From the NCBI GenBank assembly GCA_963827755.1, contig CAWHCQ010000030.1, positions 1 to 56,357 on the forward strand: a stretch of DNA of 56,357 nt, read 5' to 3'. Origin of the DNA: an uncultured Gammaproteobacteria bacterium (lineage in GTDB: Bacteria; Pseudomonadota; Gammaproteobacteria; UBA9214). Position numbers and translations under genes: made by a program. This document shows, one piece after another, positions 8,637-18,987 of this stretch; position 1 is the stretch's first letter, and each line of letters starts with the position of its first letter. The notes beneath the pieces are model-generated. The model saw only the letters and a list, made by a program, of their open reading frames with translations. It did not search any database and had not been told where the DNA came from.

Positions 8637-10100
8637 TTACAAATACTGCCTTAGCGTACCAGGAGTACCGACATCCCAAAGCATTTTCAGCCAAGTTGAA
8701 AAATGTTGATAAAAGATATCTTGCTTGCTAAGAGTCCCAAAAATATCATTCATTTGCAAAAAGGCAGACGGATCTTCCTTGGCTAGCAGAGACTGTTTTA
8801 TCAATCTCTGTGCCTGTTGGTCTTGTATTACAATGCCACTATCCGGGTCTGCCCCTTCTGCGCAATAGCGACACCAAAGGGCAATCACTAACGCTAATCC
8901 TTTGCAATCTCTTCCTTGTTGCAGATTAGCCTGAATAATCGGCAGAATAAATTTTGGTAACCGATTGGAAGCATCTTGGCATAGTCTTGGCACTGTATCT
9001 CGCACTTCAGGGTTCGCAAAGCGCGATTCAATCAATGCGGCATATTCGTTAAAATCGACTCCAGGCACGTCATCAAGTGTGGGAATAATTTCTTCTTCAA
9101 CCAGTTTTTTAAGATATTGGCTGATCGACTTATTTGCCATGACGTCATGCACGAAATTGATACCTAATAGCGCAGCTGGATAGGCAATTGAGGCATGTCC
9201 ACCATTTAAAATCCGTAGTTTCATCAATTCAAAAGGCGCCACATCATCTACAAACTCTACCCCAACCTTTTCTAGCGGTGGACGACCATTTACAAAGTTG
9301 TCTTCCATGACCCATTGTCGGAAGGGTTCGCAAAAAACAGGGGCACTGTCTTCTATTCCAAACAAGTTCTTCAGTTTATCCCTTTCCAGATCAGACGTGG
9401 CAGGCGTTATACAATCGACCATTGAATTTGGGAAGGTTACATTGTTAGTGATCCAGTTAGCTAAGTTCTGATCAATTTTAGTTGCCATCTCTGTCAATGC
9501 TCGTTTTGTCACGTCGCCATTGTGTGGAATGTTGTCACACGACATCACGGTGAATGGCAGTACATTATTGTCGCGGCGGTTTTGTAACGATTTAATCAGT
9601 ACTCCGAAGACAGTATTAGGGCTGGCAAAATCGTTAATGTCGCGTTGAATTTCAGGATGAGCAAGATTAAAACCACCGGTCTTATCATCCATATAATAAC
9701 CGCCTTCGGTGATGGTTAAAGACACGATACGTATTTCACTGTGACTTAGACCATTAATTAAACTGGCCGCGTCATTTTCGAGAAAATCAATCATTGACGC
9801 GCACACCTGTGCCGTCAGTCCATTCGCATCCAGTTCAACTACAGTTGTTAACCAATCCTGCGATTTCAGTTTGTCTCGCATTGCCACATCGTAAGATTTA
9901 GTACCTGCTCCACGGATTGCCCAATCACGAGCCTCTCCAGAGTTGAATAAATTGTGCAAATACATTGCCTGATGTGCACGATGAAAATTTCCTACGCCAA
10001 TATGCACGATTCCTGCAGACAAGACATTCCTTGAGTAACCCGGTTTTTTCACGTTAGATGGCAGTGCGTCTAGAGCTTGATAGCTTAGTCTTATTGACAT
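8637..10100 (-). CDS. mtlK: Mannitol 2-dehydrogenase
   Basis: IVHIGVGNFHRAHQA, SLTITEGGY, SCDNIPHNG, PNSMVDCITP, CEPFRQWV and MKLRILNGGH motifs. Lies in a polyol ABC operon. Confidence 0.9.
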   Translation of the reverse strand: MSIRLSYQALDALPSNVKKPGYSRNVLSAGIVHIGVGNFHRAHQAMYLHNLFNSGEARDWAIRGAGTKSYDVAMRDKLKSQDWLTTVVELDANGLTAQVCASMIDFLENDAASLINGLSHSEIRIVSLTITEGGYYMDDKTGGFNLAHPEIQRDINDFASPNTVFGVLIKSLQNRRDNNVLPFTVMSCDNIPHNGDVTKRALTEMATKIDQNLANWITNNVTFPNSMVDCITPATSDLERDKLKNLFGIEDSAPVFCEPFRQWVMEDNFVNGRPPLEKVGVEFVDDVAPFELMKLRILNGGHASIAYPAALLGINFVHDVMANKSISQYLKKLVEEEIIPTLDDVPGVDFNEYAALIESRFANPEVRDTVPRLCQDASNRLPKFILPIIQANLQQGRDCKGLALVIALWCRYCAEGADPDSGIVIQDQQAQRLIKQSLLAKEDPSAFLQMNDIFGTLSKQDIFYQHFSTWLKMLWDVGTPGTLRQYL

Positions 10101-10161
10101 AAATTTTTGCCCATATGAGTGGTGATGTCTTCCTTATTGGTTACACCGCTAATCATTAAGC

Positions 10162-11196
10162 TTACTGAGATATTGAAGCTTCGCCCCAAGACAGTGATGT
10201 CAAAGTGGTCCCTGTGTTATCAAAGTGCATAATTTTGTACTTCGGAGCCGTCAAGTTGACAATGTCACCATATTTCAACGGACAATCTCCATCATCTTTA
10301 ATGGTTAGTGTGCCTACACCGTCTACATGAACATGTAAAAAGGTTTCAGACCCCAGATGCTCAATAACACCAACTTTTCCGGTCCACAAACCTTTCTCTT
10401 CTATTACTTTTATGTGCTCCGGGCGAACACCCAGACAATGTGTAGGATCGTCGCCAACAGGATCAATCTCGATAAAGTTCATTTTTGGTGACCCGATGAA
10501 GCCGGCAACAAAGCGATTAACTGGATTTTGATAAAGCTCCAGAGGCGTGCCAACTTGTTCAATCACACCAGCATTAATCACCGCGATGCGATCAGCCATT
10601 GTCATCGCTTCAACTTGGTCATGAGTGACGTAAATCATTGTTGTCGCGAGACTCTTATGCAGTTCAGAAATCTCAAGACGCATATTTACTCGAAGAGAAG
10701 CATCTAGGTTCGAAAGTGGCTCGTCGAATAAAAAGGCTGATGGCTGGCGCACAATTGCGCGACCAATTGCCACACGTTGGCGTTGACCACCAGACAATTG
10801 ACCCGGTTTGCGGTCTAGATAATCACCCAGGTTGAGTATTTTTGCCGCTGATGCAATTTTTTCATCAATTTCTGCTGGGGCAACTTTTGCGCGTTTAAGT
10901 GGAAATGCAATGTTATTACGAACCGACATATGCGGATATAGCGCGTAAGACTGGAACACCATCGCCAAGCCTCTTTTCGCGGGGGGGGTATCCGTTGCAT
11001 CGTTTCCGTCTATTTCAATATTACCGCTGGTGGTATCTTCCAAACCTGCAATCATTCGCAAAAGTGTTGATTTGCCGCAACCCGATGGACCAACGAATAC
11101 GATGAACTCGCCATCACGAATTTGCAAATCTAAAGGTTTAATAACATTTACATCGCCGAAGCTTTTTGTCACTTGTTTTAAAGTAATGCTGCCCAT
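10162..11196 (-). CDS. smoK: Polyol ABC transporter ATP-binding subunit
   Basis: Walker [34 protein letters not shown]. Confidence 0.9.
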   Translation of the reverse strand: MGSITLKQVTKSFGDVNVIKPLDLQIRDGEFIVFVGPSGCGKSTLLRMIAGLEDTTSGNIEIDGNDATDTPPAKRGLAMVFQSYALYPHMSVRNNIAFPLKRAKVAPAEIDEKIASAAKILNLGDYLDRKPGQLSGGQRQRVAIGRAIVRQPSAFLFDEPLSNLDASLRVNMRLEISELHKSLATTMIYVTHDQVEAMTMADRIAVINAGVIEQVGTPLELYQNPVNRFVAGFIGSPKMNFIEIDPVGDDPTHCLGVRPEHIKVIEEKGLWTGKVGVIEHLGSETFLHVHVDGVGTLTIKDDGDCPLKYGDIVNLTAPKYKIMHFDNTGTTLTSLSWGEASISQ

Positions 11197-11207
11197 TATT
11201 GTATCTC

Positions 11208-12041
11208 CTACTTAACTGCGCCGAAGCTTAATCCACGCACTAATTGTTTCTGACTAAACCAGCCAAGTATTAGGATCGGCACAATTGCTGTTACCGATGC
11301 GGCTGACAATTTGGCATAAAACAAGCCTTCTGGACTTGAATAACTGGCTATATATGCGGTCAATGGTGCAGCATTGGCTGCGGTCAATATGAGCGTCCAA
11401 AATGCTTCGTTCCAGGCGAGTATGACATTTAGAAGGAGCGTTGAAGCAATACCAGGCAATGCAATCGGTAGTAACACATGAAAAATCTCTTCACCAATGC
11501 TCGCGCCGTCCATACGCGAAGCTTCAAGGATCTCATTCGGTATCTCCTTAAAATACGTATACAACATCCACACCATAATCGGTAAATTAATAAGTGTCAT
11601 GATGATCACCAGGCCAAGTTTTGTATCTAGCAACCCGAAATCACGAAACATCAAATAAATTGGAATGAGTACACCTACTGGTGGCAACATCTTGGTAGAG
11701 AGCATCCACATTAGAATATTTTTAGTGCGCTTGGTTTGTGCGAAAGCCATTGACCATGCCGCAGGGATTGCAACGAGCAACCCAAGCAAACTCGAACCAA
11801 TAGAGATAACCACAGAATTCCAGAAATGGTCAAAGTAGGGTGAGCGAGCCAAAACATCTGAATAGTTTTCAAGTGTCCATTCAAACATAAACAGGCTCGG
11901 TGTCGCCGAAATCGCCTCTGCTTCTGTCTTAAAGCTGGTGATTAAGGTCCATAGAATGGGAAAAAATATCATTCCACTAATGAACCAGGCTAAGATCGTA
12001 TAAATTAATTTTGATTTGTTACTTTTACTTATTGCCATCAC
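11208..12041 (-). CDS. smoG: Sorbitol/mannitol ABC permease
   Basis: EAA loop [11 protein letters not shown]; [12 protein letters not shown] and [17 protein letters not shown] are typical of SmoG/MtlG. Confidence 0.88.
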   Translation of the reverse strand: MMAISKSNKSKLIYTILAWFISGMIFFPILWTLITSFKTEAEAISATPSLFMFEWTLENYSDVLARSPYFDHFWNSVVISIGSSLLGLLVAIPAAWSMAFAQTKRTKNILMWMLSTKMLPPVGVLIPIYLMFRDFGLLDTKLGLVIIMTLINLPIMVWMLYTYFKEIPNEILEASRMDGASIGEEIFHVLLPIALPGIASTLLLNVILAWNEAFWTLILTAANAAPLTAYIASYSSPEGLFYAKLSAASVTAIVPILILGWFSQKQLVRGLSFGAVK

Positions 12042-12914
12042 TTAACCCTCCAGGTTCTTGCCAATTAGGCGCATAAGGAATATTGCAACTATGTTTGCAA
12101 TGATTACCGCCACAATTCCGCCTGCAGAGCCTCCGCCAACATCAAATTGAAGCAAAGATTGGGTATATATTAGATAAGTAATATTGGTCGACGCGTAGCC
12201 GGGGCCACCGCTTGTCGTGACTAATATTTCTGCGAATATCGACAATAAAAATATAGTTTCGATCAAAATTACCGCTGTTATTGCTCTGGATAAATGCGGC
12301 ATAACGATGTAAATAAATTTGCTGAATGGCCCTGCACCGTCCAAATCCGCGGCTTCAAGTTGTTCACGATCCAGTGATTGGATAGCGGTTAACAATATTA
12401 ATGCGGCGAAAGGTAGCCATTGCCAGGACACTATGAAGACGATGGACAGTAGTGGAATTTGCGCAAAGAAATCAATTGGAGCAACACCTATAAAACCTGC
12501 AAAGTGAGCGAATAAACCATTCACTGGGTTCATGAACATGTTTTTCCATACCAAAGCAGAAACGGTTGGCATCACAAAGAATGGGGCGAGCACCATAATA
12601 CGCACATAGTTGCGGCCCCAAATTGCTTGATCAAGCAAAATCGCCAAACCTATACCGCCGCAGATGGTGATCAACAGCACCCCACCTACCAGCAATATAG
12701 TATTGAAAAAAGATTCAATAAAAGCAGGATCGGTTAGAAAGTATTCATAGTTAAGGAAGCCAATAAATTCATTGTTTCCTGGGCTAAGCAGGTTGTAATC
12801 CAAAAACGAAAAGTACAATGTCATGCACAGCGGTACGATCATCCATGCCAACAACAGCATGACTGATGGAAAGAGCATTACTTTAGCTAAAGTACGAGAT
12901 TGTATGGTTGCCAT
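12042..12914 (-). CDS. smoF: Sorbitol/mannitol ABC permease
   Basis: WMIVPLCMTLYFSF, PFFVMPTVSALVWKN, WQWLPFA and EAADLDGA. Confidence 0.88.
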   Translation of the reverse strand: MATIQSRTLAKVMLFPSVMLLLAWMIVPLCMTLYFSFLDYNLLSPGNNEFIGFLNYEYFLTDPAFIESFFNTILLVGGVLLITICGGIGLAILLDQAIWGRNYVRIMVLAPFFVMPTVSALVWKNMFMNPVNGLFAHFAGFIGVAPIDFFAQIPLLSIVFIVSWQWLPFAALILLTAIQSLDREQLEAADLDGAGPFSKFIYIVMPHLSRAITAVILIETIFLLSIFAEILVTTSGGPGYASTNITYLIYTQSLLQFDVGGGSAGGIVAVIIANIVAIFLMRLIGKNLEG

Positions 12915-12942
12915 AACCCAGGCCCCTCTACAAGTAAAAATA

Positions 12943-12967
12943 CGAGTAAGTGCAATGCACTTACTCG
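12943..12967 (-). terminator. Intercistronic hairpin after the binding-protein gene (partial terminator or mRNA stabiliser)
   Basis: cgagtaagtgca-a-tgcacttactcg inverted repeat followed on the minus strand by tattttt. Confidence 0.6.
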
Positions 12968-12982
12968 CCTAACAAATTGTAA

Positions 12983-14290
12983 CTACTTTGGATAACGTGC
13001 TTTGCGCATTGCTCGTTCAACCAGGCGTTGTGAATTGTCTAACGCTTGTTTAACTGTCATTTGGCCTGTTAGTGCAGCAGTAAATTGTTGACCAACAGCC
13101 GTTCCAATCCCCTGAAATTCAGGAATAGCAACAAATTGCACGCCTACATAAGGGACAGGCTTAACCGTAGGATTAACAGGGTCTGCTGACTGAATAGAAT
13201 CCAGAGTGATTTGAGCAAAGGGTGCAGCTTTAATGTATTCAGGGTTGTTATACAAAGATGCGCGAGTACCAGGAGGAACTTTAGCCCAGCCTTTTTTATC
13301 AGCTACTAGCGCCGAGTATTCTTTTGACGTAGCCCAACCAATAAATTTCATTGCTGCATCAGGATTTTTACTGCTTGACGGAATAGCCAAAGTCCAGGCC
13401 CATAGCCAATTTCCGCGTTTGCCAAGACCCATGTCTGGTGCAAGAGAAAATCCAACTTTATCTGCAACTTCTGAATCTTTTTCGTTGGTGACGAATGCAC
13501 CCGCTACCGTCGCATCTATCCAGATACCGCATTTACCAGTTTGAAATAAGGCCAAATTCTCATTGAAACCGTTTGCTGATGCTCCTGGAGGGCCAGACTC
13601 TTCCATAACATCAACGTAATATTGCAGGGTGTCCTGCCAAGCTTGTGTAGTAAATTGTGGCTTCCAATTTTCATCAAACCAGCGTGCACCAAATGAGTTT
13701 GACATGGCAGTGATTAATGCGATGTTTTCGCCCCAGCCCGCTTTACCGCGCAAACAGATACCATATATGCCAGCTTGTTTATCCGTCATTGCCTTGGCGG
13801 CTTTACGAATAAATTTCCATGTTGGCTCTTTCGGCATTTCAAGACCGGCTTTTTGCATCAGATCAGTACGGTACATAACCATAGAGCTTTCACCGTAAAA
13901 CGGTGCGGCAAATAGTTTATTGTCTATCGATACGCCACTTCTTATAGCTGGTAACAAATCTTCTACGTCATAGGTCTCACCAAGGCTATCTAATTCGGTA
14001 AGCCAGCCTTGTTTTCCCCAAATCGGCACTTCATAGGTTCCAATAGTCATTACGTCGTATTGTCCGCCACTAGTTGCGACATCAGTAGTGACGCGCTGAC
14101 GAAGTATATTTTCCTCCAGCGTGACCCATTTCAATTCAATATCTGGATTTTTCTTCTCAAAATCACTACTCAGTTCTTTCATCGTAATCATGTCACCGTT
14201 ATTGACTGTGGCGATAGTGATGGTTTGCGCGGTAACTGCAGTGCTTATTGTCATCGCGCCCAGAAAAAACATAGCTATTTTGTGTAACAT
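12983..14290 (-). CDS. smoE: Sorbitol/mannitol ABC periplasmic binding protein
   Basis: Signal peptide; TIATVNNGDM, LEENILRQRVTTD, CLRGKAGWGEN and PYVGVQFVAIPEFQGIG. Confidence 0.9.
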   Translation of the reverse strand: MLHKIAMFFLGAMTISTAVTAQTITIATVNNGDMITMKELSSDFEKKNPDIELKWVTLEENILRQRVTTDVATSGGQYDVMTIGTYEVPIWGKQGWLTELDSLGETYDVEDLLPAIRSGVSIDNKLFAAPFYGESSMVMYRTDLMQKAGLEMPKEPTWKFIRKAAKAMTDKQAGIYGICLRGKAGWGENIALITAMSNSFGARWFDENWKPQFTTQAWQDTLQYYVDVMEESGPPGASANGFNENLALFQTGKCGIWIDATVAGAFVTNEKDSEVADKVGFSLAPDMGLGKRGNWLWAWTLAIPSSSKNPDAAMKFIGWATSKEYSALVADKKGWAKVPPGTRASLYNNPEYIKAAPFAQITLDSIQSADPVNPTVKPVPYVGVQFVAIPEFQGIGTAVGQQFTAALTGQMTVKQALDNSQRLVERAMRKARYPK

Positions 14291-14435
14291 TGGGTATTCC
14301 TCATCGGGTCAAAAAACCAAGTGTATAGGGTGCATAACCCACGCATTTCGAGTGAATCCACCCGAAAAATGGCTGTCGCGAGTGTACTTCCATGGTGTAG
14401 TACGTAACCTTGCTAGCTAACTAATCCCAGTGCAA

Positions 14436-14630
14436 TTAATTGCAGTCGTGGGGGGGAGAAGATTGGTCATTCCGGATATGTTCTAGAATAGCCCTAATCT
14501 CCTTGGACTGGTCACGCATAATTTCACCCTGACTTTGTTTGGCGCGATCCTCTGCCCGCTCCATGTACTCCCCCAAAGTGCGGGCGGCACGAAGCTGTGC
14601 CTCAGATAACTCAGTATCAACTAAATCCAT
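14436..14630 (-). CDS. Small hypothetical protein (64 aa)
   Basis: Strong GGAGG RBS 6 nt before the ATG at 14630; helical charged sequence with no recognisable family. Confidence 0.45.
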   Translation of the reverse strand: MDLVDTELSEAQLRAARTLGEYMERAEDRAKQSQGEIMRDQSKEIRAILEHIRNDQSSPPHDCN

Positions 14631-14924
14631 GTTCAACCTCCTGCAACATCCGTGTAACTGATTAAGACTTGATGCAACTAAGCTATAGTGTAGAACCTTC
14701 TATTACCAATGTGAAAGGCCATCAGGGTACGTCGTAGGGGGTGGACACGCACCGATTCAAAGATTGCTGTGATGTTGCATTGCCAATGCAAAAGAAAGGG
14801 TCTTGAAGGATTCCCCCTAATGAATACCGATGTGGATTACGACTGTAATTTGGTAAATGAATACAAAGCCGGTGCACCTTGTCTTCGATATAGCGGAGTA
14901 TATACGGAGTATGGGGTGGAATGC

Positions 14925-14952
14925 TGAGATGCCCTTAGCTCAGGGCATCTCA
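14925..14952 (-). terminator. Hairpin immediately downstream of tRNA-Met
   Basis: Perfect 11-bp inverted repeat tgagatgccct / agggcatctca. No clear U-tract. Confidence 0.5.
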
Positions 14953-14978
14953 TATATTTCTGTTTCTATTAGATAAAT

Positions 14979-15055
14979 TGGTGGCTATGGGTGGACTTGA
15001 ACCACCGACCCCAGCATTATGAGTGCTGTGCTCTAACCAGCTGAGCTACATAGCC
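14979..15055 (-). tRNA. tRNA-Met(CAT), elongator type
   Basis: GGCTATGTAGCTCAGCTGGTTAGAGCA-CAGCA CTCATAA TGCTG-...GGTTCAAGTCC...ATAGCCACCA, 77 nt. Confidence 0.95.
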
Positions 15056-15106
15056 AAAGGGGGTGTGTAATTTACTCGATTCCGGGCGCCTGGTACAAGC
15101 GTATCG

Positions 15107-16198
15107 CTACACATTGAAGAGAAAATGCACGACATCGCCGTCCTGGACGATGTAATCCTTGCCCTCGCTACGCAGTTTCCCTTCCTTTCTTGCCCCGTGC
15201 TCACCGTTGCAGGCGATAAAATCGTCATAGGCCACCACCTCGGCGCGGATAAAACCCTTCTCGAAATCGGTGTGTATTTCACCGGCCGCCTGCGGGGCGG
15301 TTGCGCCGATATGCGTGGTCCAGGCACGGACTTCTTTTTCGCCGGCCGTGAAGTAGGTCTGCAGGCCGAGCAGCCGGTAACCCGCACGGATGACGCGGTT
15401 CAGGCCCGGCTCGTCAAACCCGAGCTCATCGAGGTATTCCTTGCGCTCAGCCACATCCAGCTCGACGATCTCGGCCTCGATGGCGGCACAGACGGCCACC
15501 GTTTGCGCGCCCTCCTCGGCCGAGCGTTTCTCTACGGCATCCAGGTAGGGATTGTTCTCGAAACCGTCTTCCTTGACGTTGGCAACATACATGACCGGCT
15601 TGGCCGTCAGTAAATGCAGTTCATACAGGGCCGCGCGCTGGTCCTCATCCAGCCCCATGCCGATGACCAGTTTCCCGGCATCCAGCTGCTCGCGCACACG
15701 CTCGAACACGGCCAGTTTTGCCTTCGCCTCCTTGTCGCCGCCCTTGGCAATCTTGCTGACCCGGTGGATGCCTTTTTCGACGGTCTCCAGGTCCGCCAGG
15801 CCAAGCTCGGTATTGATCACCTCGATGTCACGAACGGGATCAACACTGCCACTCACATGGACGACATTGTCATCTTCAAAACAACGCACCACCATGCAGA
15901 TGGCATCGGTTTCGCGGATATTGGCGAGGAACTTGTTGCCGAGCCCCTCGCCTTTTGATGCCCCCGCAACCAGACCGGCGATATCGACGAATTCCATGGT
16001 CGTATTCAACACCTTCTGCGGCTTGACGATCGCGGCAAGTTTATCGAGGCGCGGATCAGGGATCGAAACAATACCGACGTTCGGATCGATGGTGCAAAAC
16101 GGATAATTTTCCGCCTGTATACCTGCCTCGGTCAGGGCATTGAAGAGGGTTGACTTGCCGACGTTGGGCAGGCCGACGATTCCGCATTTGACACTCAT
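15107..16198 (-). CDS. ychF: Redox-regulated ATPase YchF
   Basis: [49 protein letters not shown] and TGS C-terminus. Start set at MSVKCG. Confidence 0.97.
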   Translation of the reverse strand: MSVKCGIVGLPNVGKSTLFNALTEAGIQAENYPFCTIDPNVGIVSIPDPRLDKLAAIVKPQKVLNTTMEFVDIAGLVAGASKGEGLGNKFLANIRETDAICMVVRCFEDDNVVHVSGSVDPVRDIEVINTELGLADLETVEKGIHRVSKIAKGGDKEAKAKLAVFERVREQLDAGKLVIGMGLDEDQRAALYELHLLTAKPVMYVANVKEDGFENNPYLDAVEKRSAEEGAQTVAVCAAIEAEIVELDVAERKEYLDELGFDEPGLNRVIRAGYRLLGLQTYFTAGEKEVRAWTTHIGATAPQAAGEIHTDFEKGFIRAEVVAYDDFIACNGEHGARKEGKLRSEGKDYIVQDGDVVHFLFNV

Positions 16199-16260
16199 AA
16201 ATTTGCTCCGCCACAGGGGGCACAAAGCACACAGTGGCATATCCTGTATGTATTGGCAGC

Positions 16261-16845
16261 TTAATCAACCTGGCTTGTATGAAGTTGCTTCATGGCCGCC
16301 TCGATATCGCCGGCAATGAGCTTCGGCATGACATCGACTGCAGCCGCAATCGCCTGGTCGATCGCCGCCCGGTCCTCGCGGGAGGCCTTCTTCAGCACGT
16401 AATCAACCACGTCATCACGATGCCCCGGGTGACCGATGCCGATGCGCAGGCGCAGGAAATCATTGCCGCCGAGGTGGGGAATCAGGTCACGCAAACCGTT
16501 ATGCCCGCCGTGGCCGCCACTCTTTTTGAGCTTGACGGTGCCGACCGGCAGGTCCAGGTCATCATGGACGACGAGAATGGCCTTGCGCGGTATACGGTAA
16601 AAACCGGCCAGTGCGGCCACCGGCTGACCACTGCGATTCATGAACTCCATCGGCTTTTGCAAGCGGCACTCGCTGCCATCAATCGTGCAGCGCGCGACAT
16701 CACTCCTGTACTTGCTCTCGGGCCTGAACTGCGTGCTGCAGCGGCGCGCAAGTTCGTCTACAAACCAGAACCCGGCGTTATGCCGGGTCTGTTCGTACTT
16801 TGCTCCGGGGTTACCCAGCCCGGCGACGAGCTGTATGGCGGTCAT
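16261..16845 (-). CDS. pth: Peptidyl-tRNA hydrolase
   Basis: [24 protein letters not shown] and GGHNGL. Confidence 0.97.
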   Translation of the reverse strand: MTAIQLVAGLGNPGAKYEQTRHNAGFWFVDELARRCSTQFRPESKYRSDVARCTIDGSECRLQKPMEFMNRSGQPVAALAGFYRIPRKAILVVHDDLDLPVGTVKLKKSGGHGGHNGLRDLIPHLGGNDFLRLRIGIGHPGHRDDVVDYVLKKASREDRAAIDQAIAAAVDVMPKLIAGDIEAAMKQLHTSQVD

Positions 16846-16850
16846 GCCGG

Positions 16851-17530
16851 TTAATCAGACTTCTCGCCTTCATCGTCATCAGCGGCCTTCTCTTCGCCTC
16901 CTCACCTTCAGCGGCGACTTCACCTTCCGGCACTTCCTCAACCTCTTCAACGATACGCTTGACGTGGACGGACACAACACTCTGGTCATGCCCTTCACCA
17001 CGTTCCAGCTCAAGCAGCGTCACGCCTTCAGGCACAGTCAGGCCGGACAGGTGGATGGAATCACCGATTTCCAGTGCGGAAACATCAAGTGCAATATACT
17101 CCGGCAGGTCTTTCGGAAAACACTCGACCTCGACTTCCGTCAGGTCATGCGATACCAGGCCACCGGCCTTGACTCCCGGCGCGTCATCTTCACCCAGAAA
17201 GTGCAGCGGCACATTGGTTTTCAGCTTTTCGTCTTCCCTGACGCGCTGCAGGTCCATGTGCAGTACTCTGTAGCGACTGGGGTGACGCTGCAGGTCACGC
17301 AGAATCGCCCGCGTTTCCTTGCCATCGATCATGATGCTGAGGATATGCGAGTAAAAAGCCTCGTTCTCGAGATTACGCAGCACCTCGTTGTGCGACAGTG
17401 TCAGCGCCTCGGGATCTTTTCCACCACCATAGATAATGGCAGGTATATTGCCCGCATGACGCAGGCGGCGGCTCGCACCCTTGCCTGTATCAGTACGCGT
17501 CTGTGCATTCAATTCAAAACTAATAGCCAT
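16851..17530 (-). CDS. rplY: 50S ribosomal protein L25/Ctc (1-nt indel near the 3' end)
   Basis: GKGASRRLR, IPAIIYGG and LQRHP. The acidic tail GEEKAADDDEGEKSD* is in another frame ending at 16851; the ORF track reads on to 16811. Confidence 0.92.
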
Positions 17531-17549
17531 CTTGCTTCTCCGAAAAACA

Positions 17550-17600
17550 CACCTTGCGGTGCAGGTATCACCTCCCCCGCGACCAGGGGAGATACGATGC
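17550..17600 (-). promoter_or_regulatory. Putative structured rplY leader
   Basis: Hairpin ctccccTGGTCGCGggggag plus a second short hairpin just upstream of rplY. Resembles the GGTCGC-loop L25 leaders of gammaproteobacteria. Confidence 0.45.
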
Positions 17601-17637
17601 GGTCCCGTTCAGACTGAAACAGAACCGCGATTAAAAC

Positions 17638-18612
17638 TCAGTCCATATACATTGAACTGACAGACTCTTCCATGCTGATGCGGCGCATGGTCTCCGCCAG
17701 CATGGTGGCAATACTCAGCTGGCGTATTTTCTTGCAGGCCTCTGCATCGGCACGCAACGGGATGGTATCGGTCACCACCAGCTCATCCAGTTCCGATGCC
17801 TCGATGTTCTCCACCGCTGCTCCCGACAGCACCGGGTGTGTACAGTAGGCAACCACCCTCCTGGCGCCTTCTTCTTTCAGCGCCACTGCAGCAAGGCACA
17901 GGGTGCCGGCCGTATCCACCAGGTCGTCCACCAGCACACAGGAGCGACCCTCAACCTTGCCGATAATATTCATCACGCGGGCCTCGTTCGGCTGCGGCCG
18001 CCGCTTGTCGATGATGGCCAGGTCGGCGTCATCGAGGCGCTTCGCGATCGCCCGCGCCCTGACGACACCGCCGACGTCCGGCGACACCACGATCAACTCC
18101 GGGTACTTCTGCTTCCAGATATCGCCCAGCAATATCGGGGATGCATAGACATTGTCCACCGGGATATCGAAAAAACCCTGTATCTGGTCCGCGTGCAAAT
18201 CCACGGTCAATACCCGGTCCGCCTTCACATCACCGATCATCCCGGCAACGACCTTGGAGGTTATCGGCACACGTGCAGAACGCGGGCGACGGTCCTGCCG
18301 CGCATACCCGAAATACGGCACCACCGCTGTTATGCGGTATGCCGATGAACGACGCACGGCGTCGATCATCACCAGCAATTCCATCAGGTTGTCATTCGTG
18401 GGTGCGCACGTCGGCTGCATAATGAAGACATCCTTGCCGCGGACGTTCTCCATGATTTCAACCTGTACTTCGCCGTCACTGAAACTGCTGACGTGGGCCG
18501 CACCGAGATTCAGCCGCAACTCGTTGGCTACCGCCTGTGCCAGCCTGGGGTTTGCGGTCCCGGTAAATATCATCATCCGGCTGTCAGAATCAGATACGGA
18601 TGAATTATTCAT
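17638..18612 (-). CDS. prs: Ribose-phosphate pyrophosphokinase
   Basis: [35 protein letters not shown] and [11 protein letters not shown]. Confidence 0.97.
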   Translation of the reverse strand: MNNSSVSDSDSRMMIFTGTANPRLAQAVANELRLNLGAAHVSSFSDGEVQVEIMENVRGKDVFIMQPTCAPTNDNLMELLVMIDAVRRSSAYRITAVVPYFGYARQDRRPRSARVPITSKVVAGMIGDVKADRVLTVDLHADQIQGFFDIPVDNVYASPILLGDIWKQKYPELIVVSPDVGGVVRARAIAKRLDDADLAIIDKRRPQPNEARVMNIIGKVEGRSCVLVDDLVDTAGTLCLAAVALKEEGARRVVAYCTHPVLSGAAVENIEASELDELVVTDTIPLRADAEACKKIRQLSIATMLAETMRRISMEESVSSMYMD

Positions 18613-18650
18613 AGCTAGCCCGCTTTCCAGTTAACGAAAACATCTTTGTA

Positions 18651-18868
18651 CACATATGGCTGGGACGGCAGGATTATTCGTCGCGCCAATTCTACTCGGG
18701 GCATTCTGCCCCGACCCCCGTCGGGGCCGTCGTCTGCGACGACGTTCTCGGCAATTGCTCCTGCATTGCTCTACCTCCTGCATCCCTGCAGTCGTTCGCC
18801 GCTTCGCGGCTCGTCGAACCTTGAGGTTCTCATCCTGCCGTCATTCAACAGTACAGCTCTTCCACATA
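18651..18868 (-). repeat. tRNA-linked repeat (TLR/TRIP-like) downstream of tRNA-Gln
   Basis: cacatatggctgggacggcaggatt at 18651-18675 duplicates 18863-18887 (tRNA 3' end). The interior has GC hairpins and tcgaacc...ggttctcatcc. Confidence 0.75.
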
Positions 18869-18943
18869 TGGCTGGGACGGCAGGATTCGAACCTGCGAAT
18901 ACGGGGATCAAAACCCCGGGCCTTACCACTTGGCGACGTCCCA
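18869..18943 (-). tRNA. tRNA-Gln(TTG)
   Basis: TGGGACGTCGCCAAGTGGTAAGGC-C-CGGGG TTTTGAT CCCCG...GGTTCGAATCC...CCCAGCCA, 75 nt. Usual position between ispE and prs. Confidence 0.95.
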
Positions 18944-18987
18944 ATAGAAAACAGTATCAAGGCACGCGCGCGGGGCTGGTCCCGCGA

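Larger units (their letters stand above)
3048..15025. mobile_element. Genomic island integrated at tRNA-Met (no integrase visible)
   Basis: Flanking 47-bp direct repeat of the tRNA 3' end, AT-rich cargo, TA modules and an IS6. Confidence 0.85.

Noticed and set aside
14640-14978. Integrase remnant beside the tRNA
   Set aside because: The frames I translated by hand showed no tyrosine- or serine-recombinase motifs. BLASTX would be needed to exclude a highly decayed fragment.
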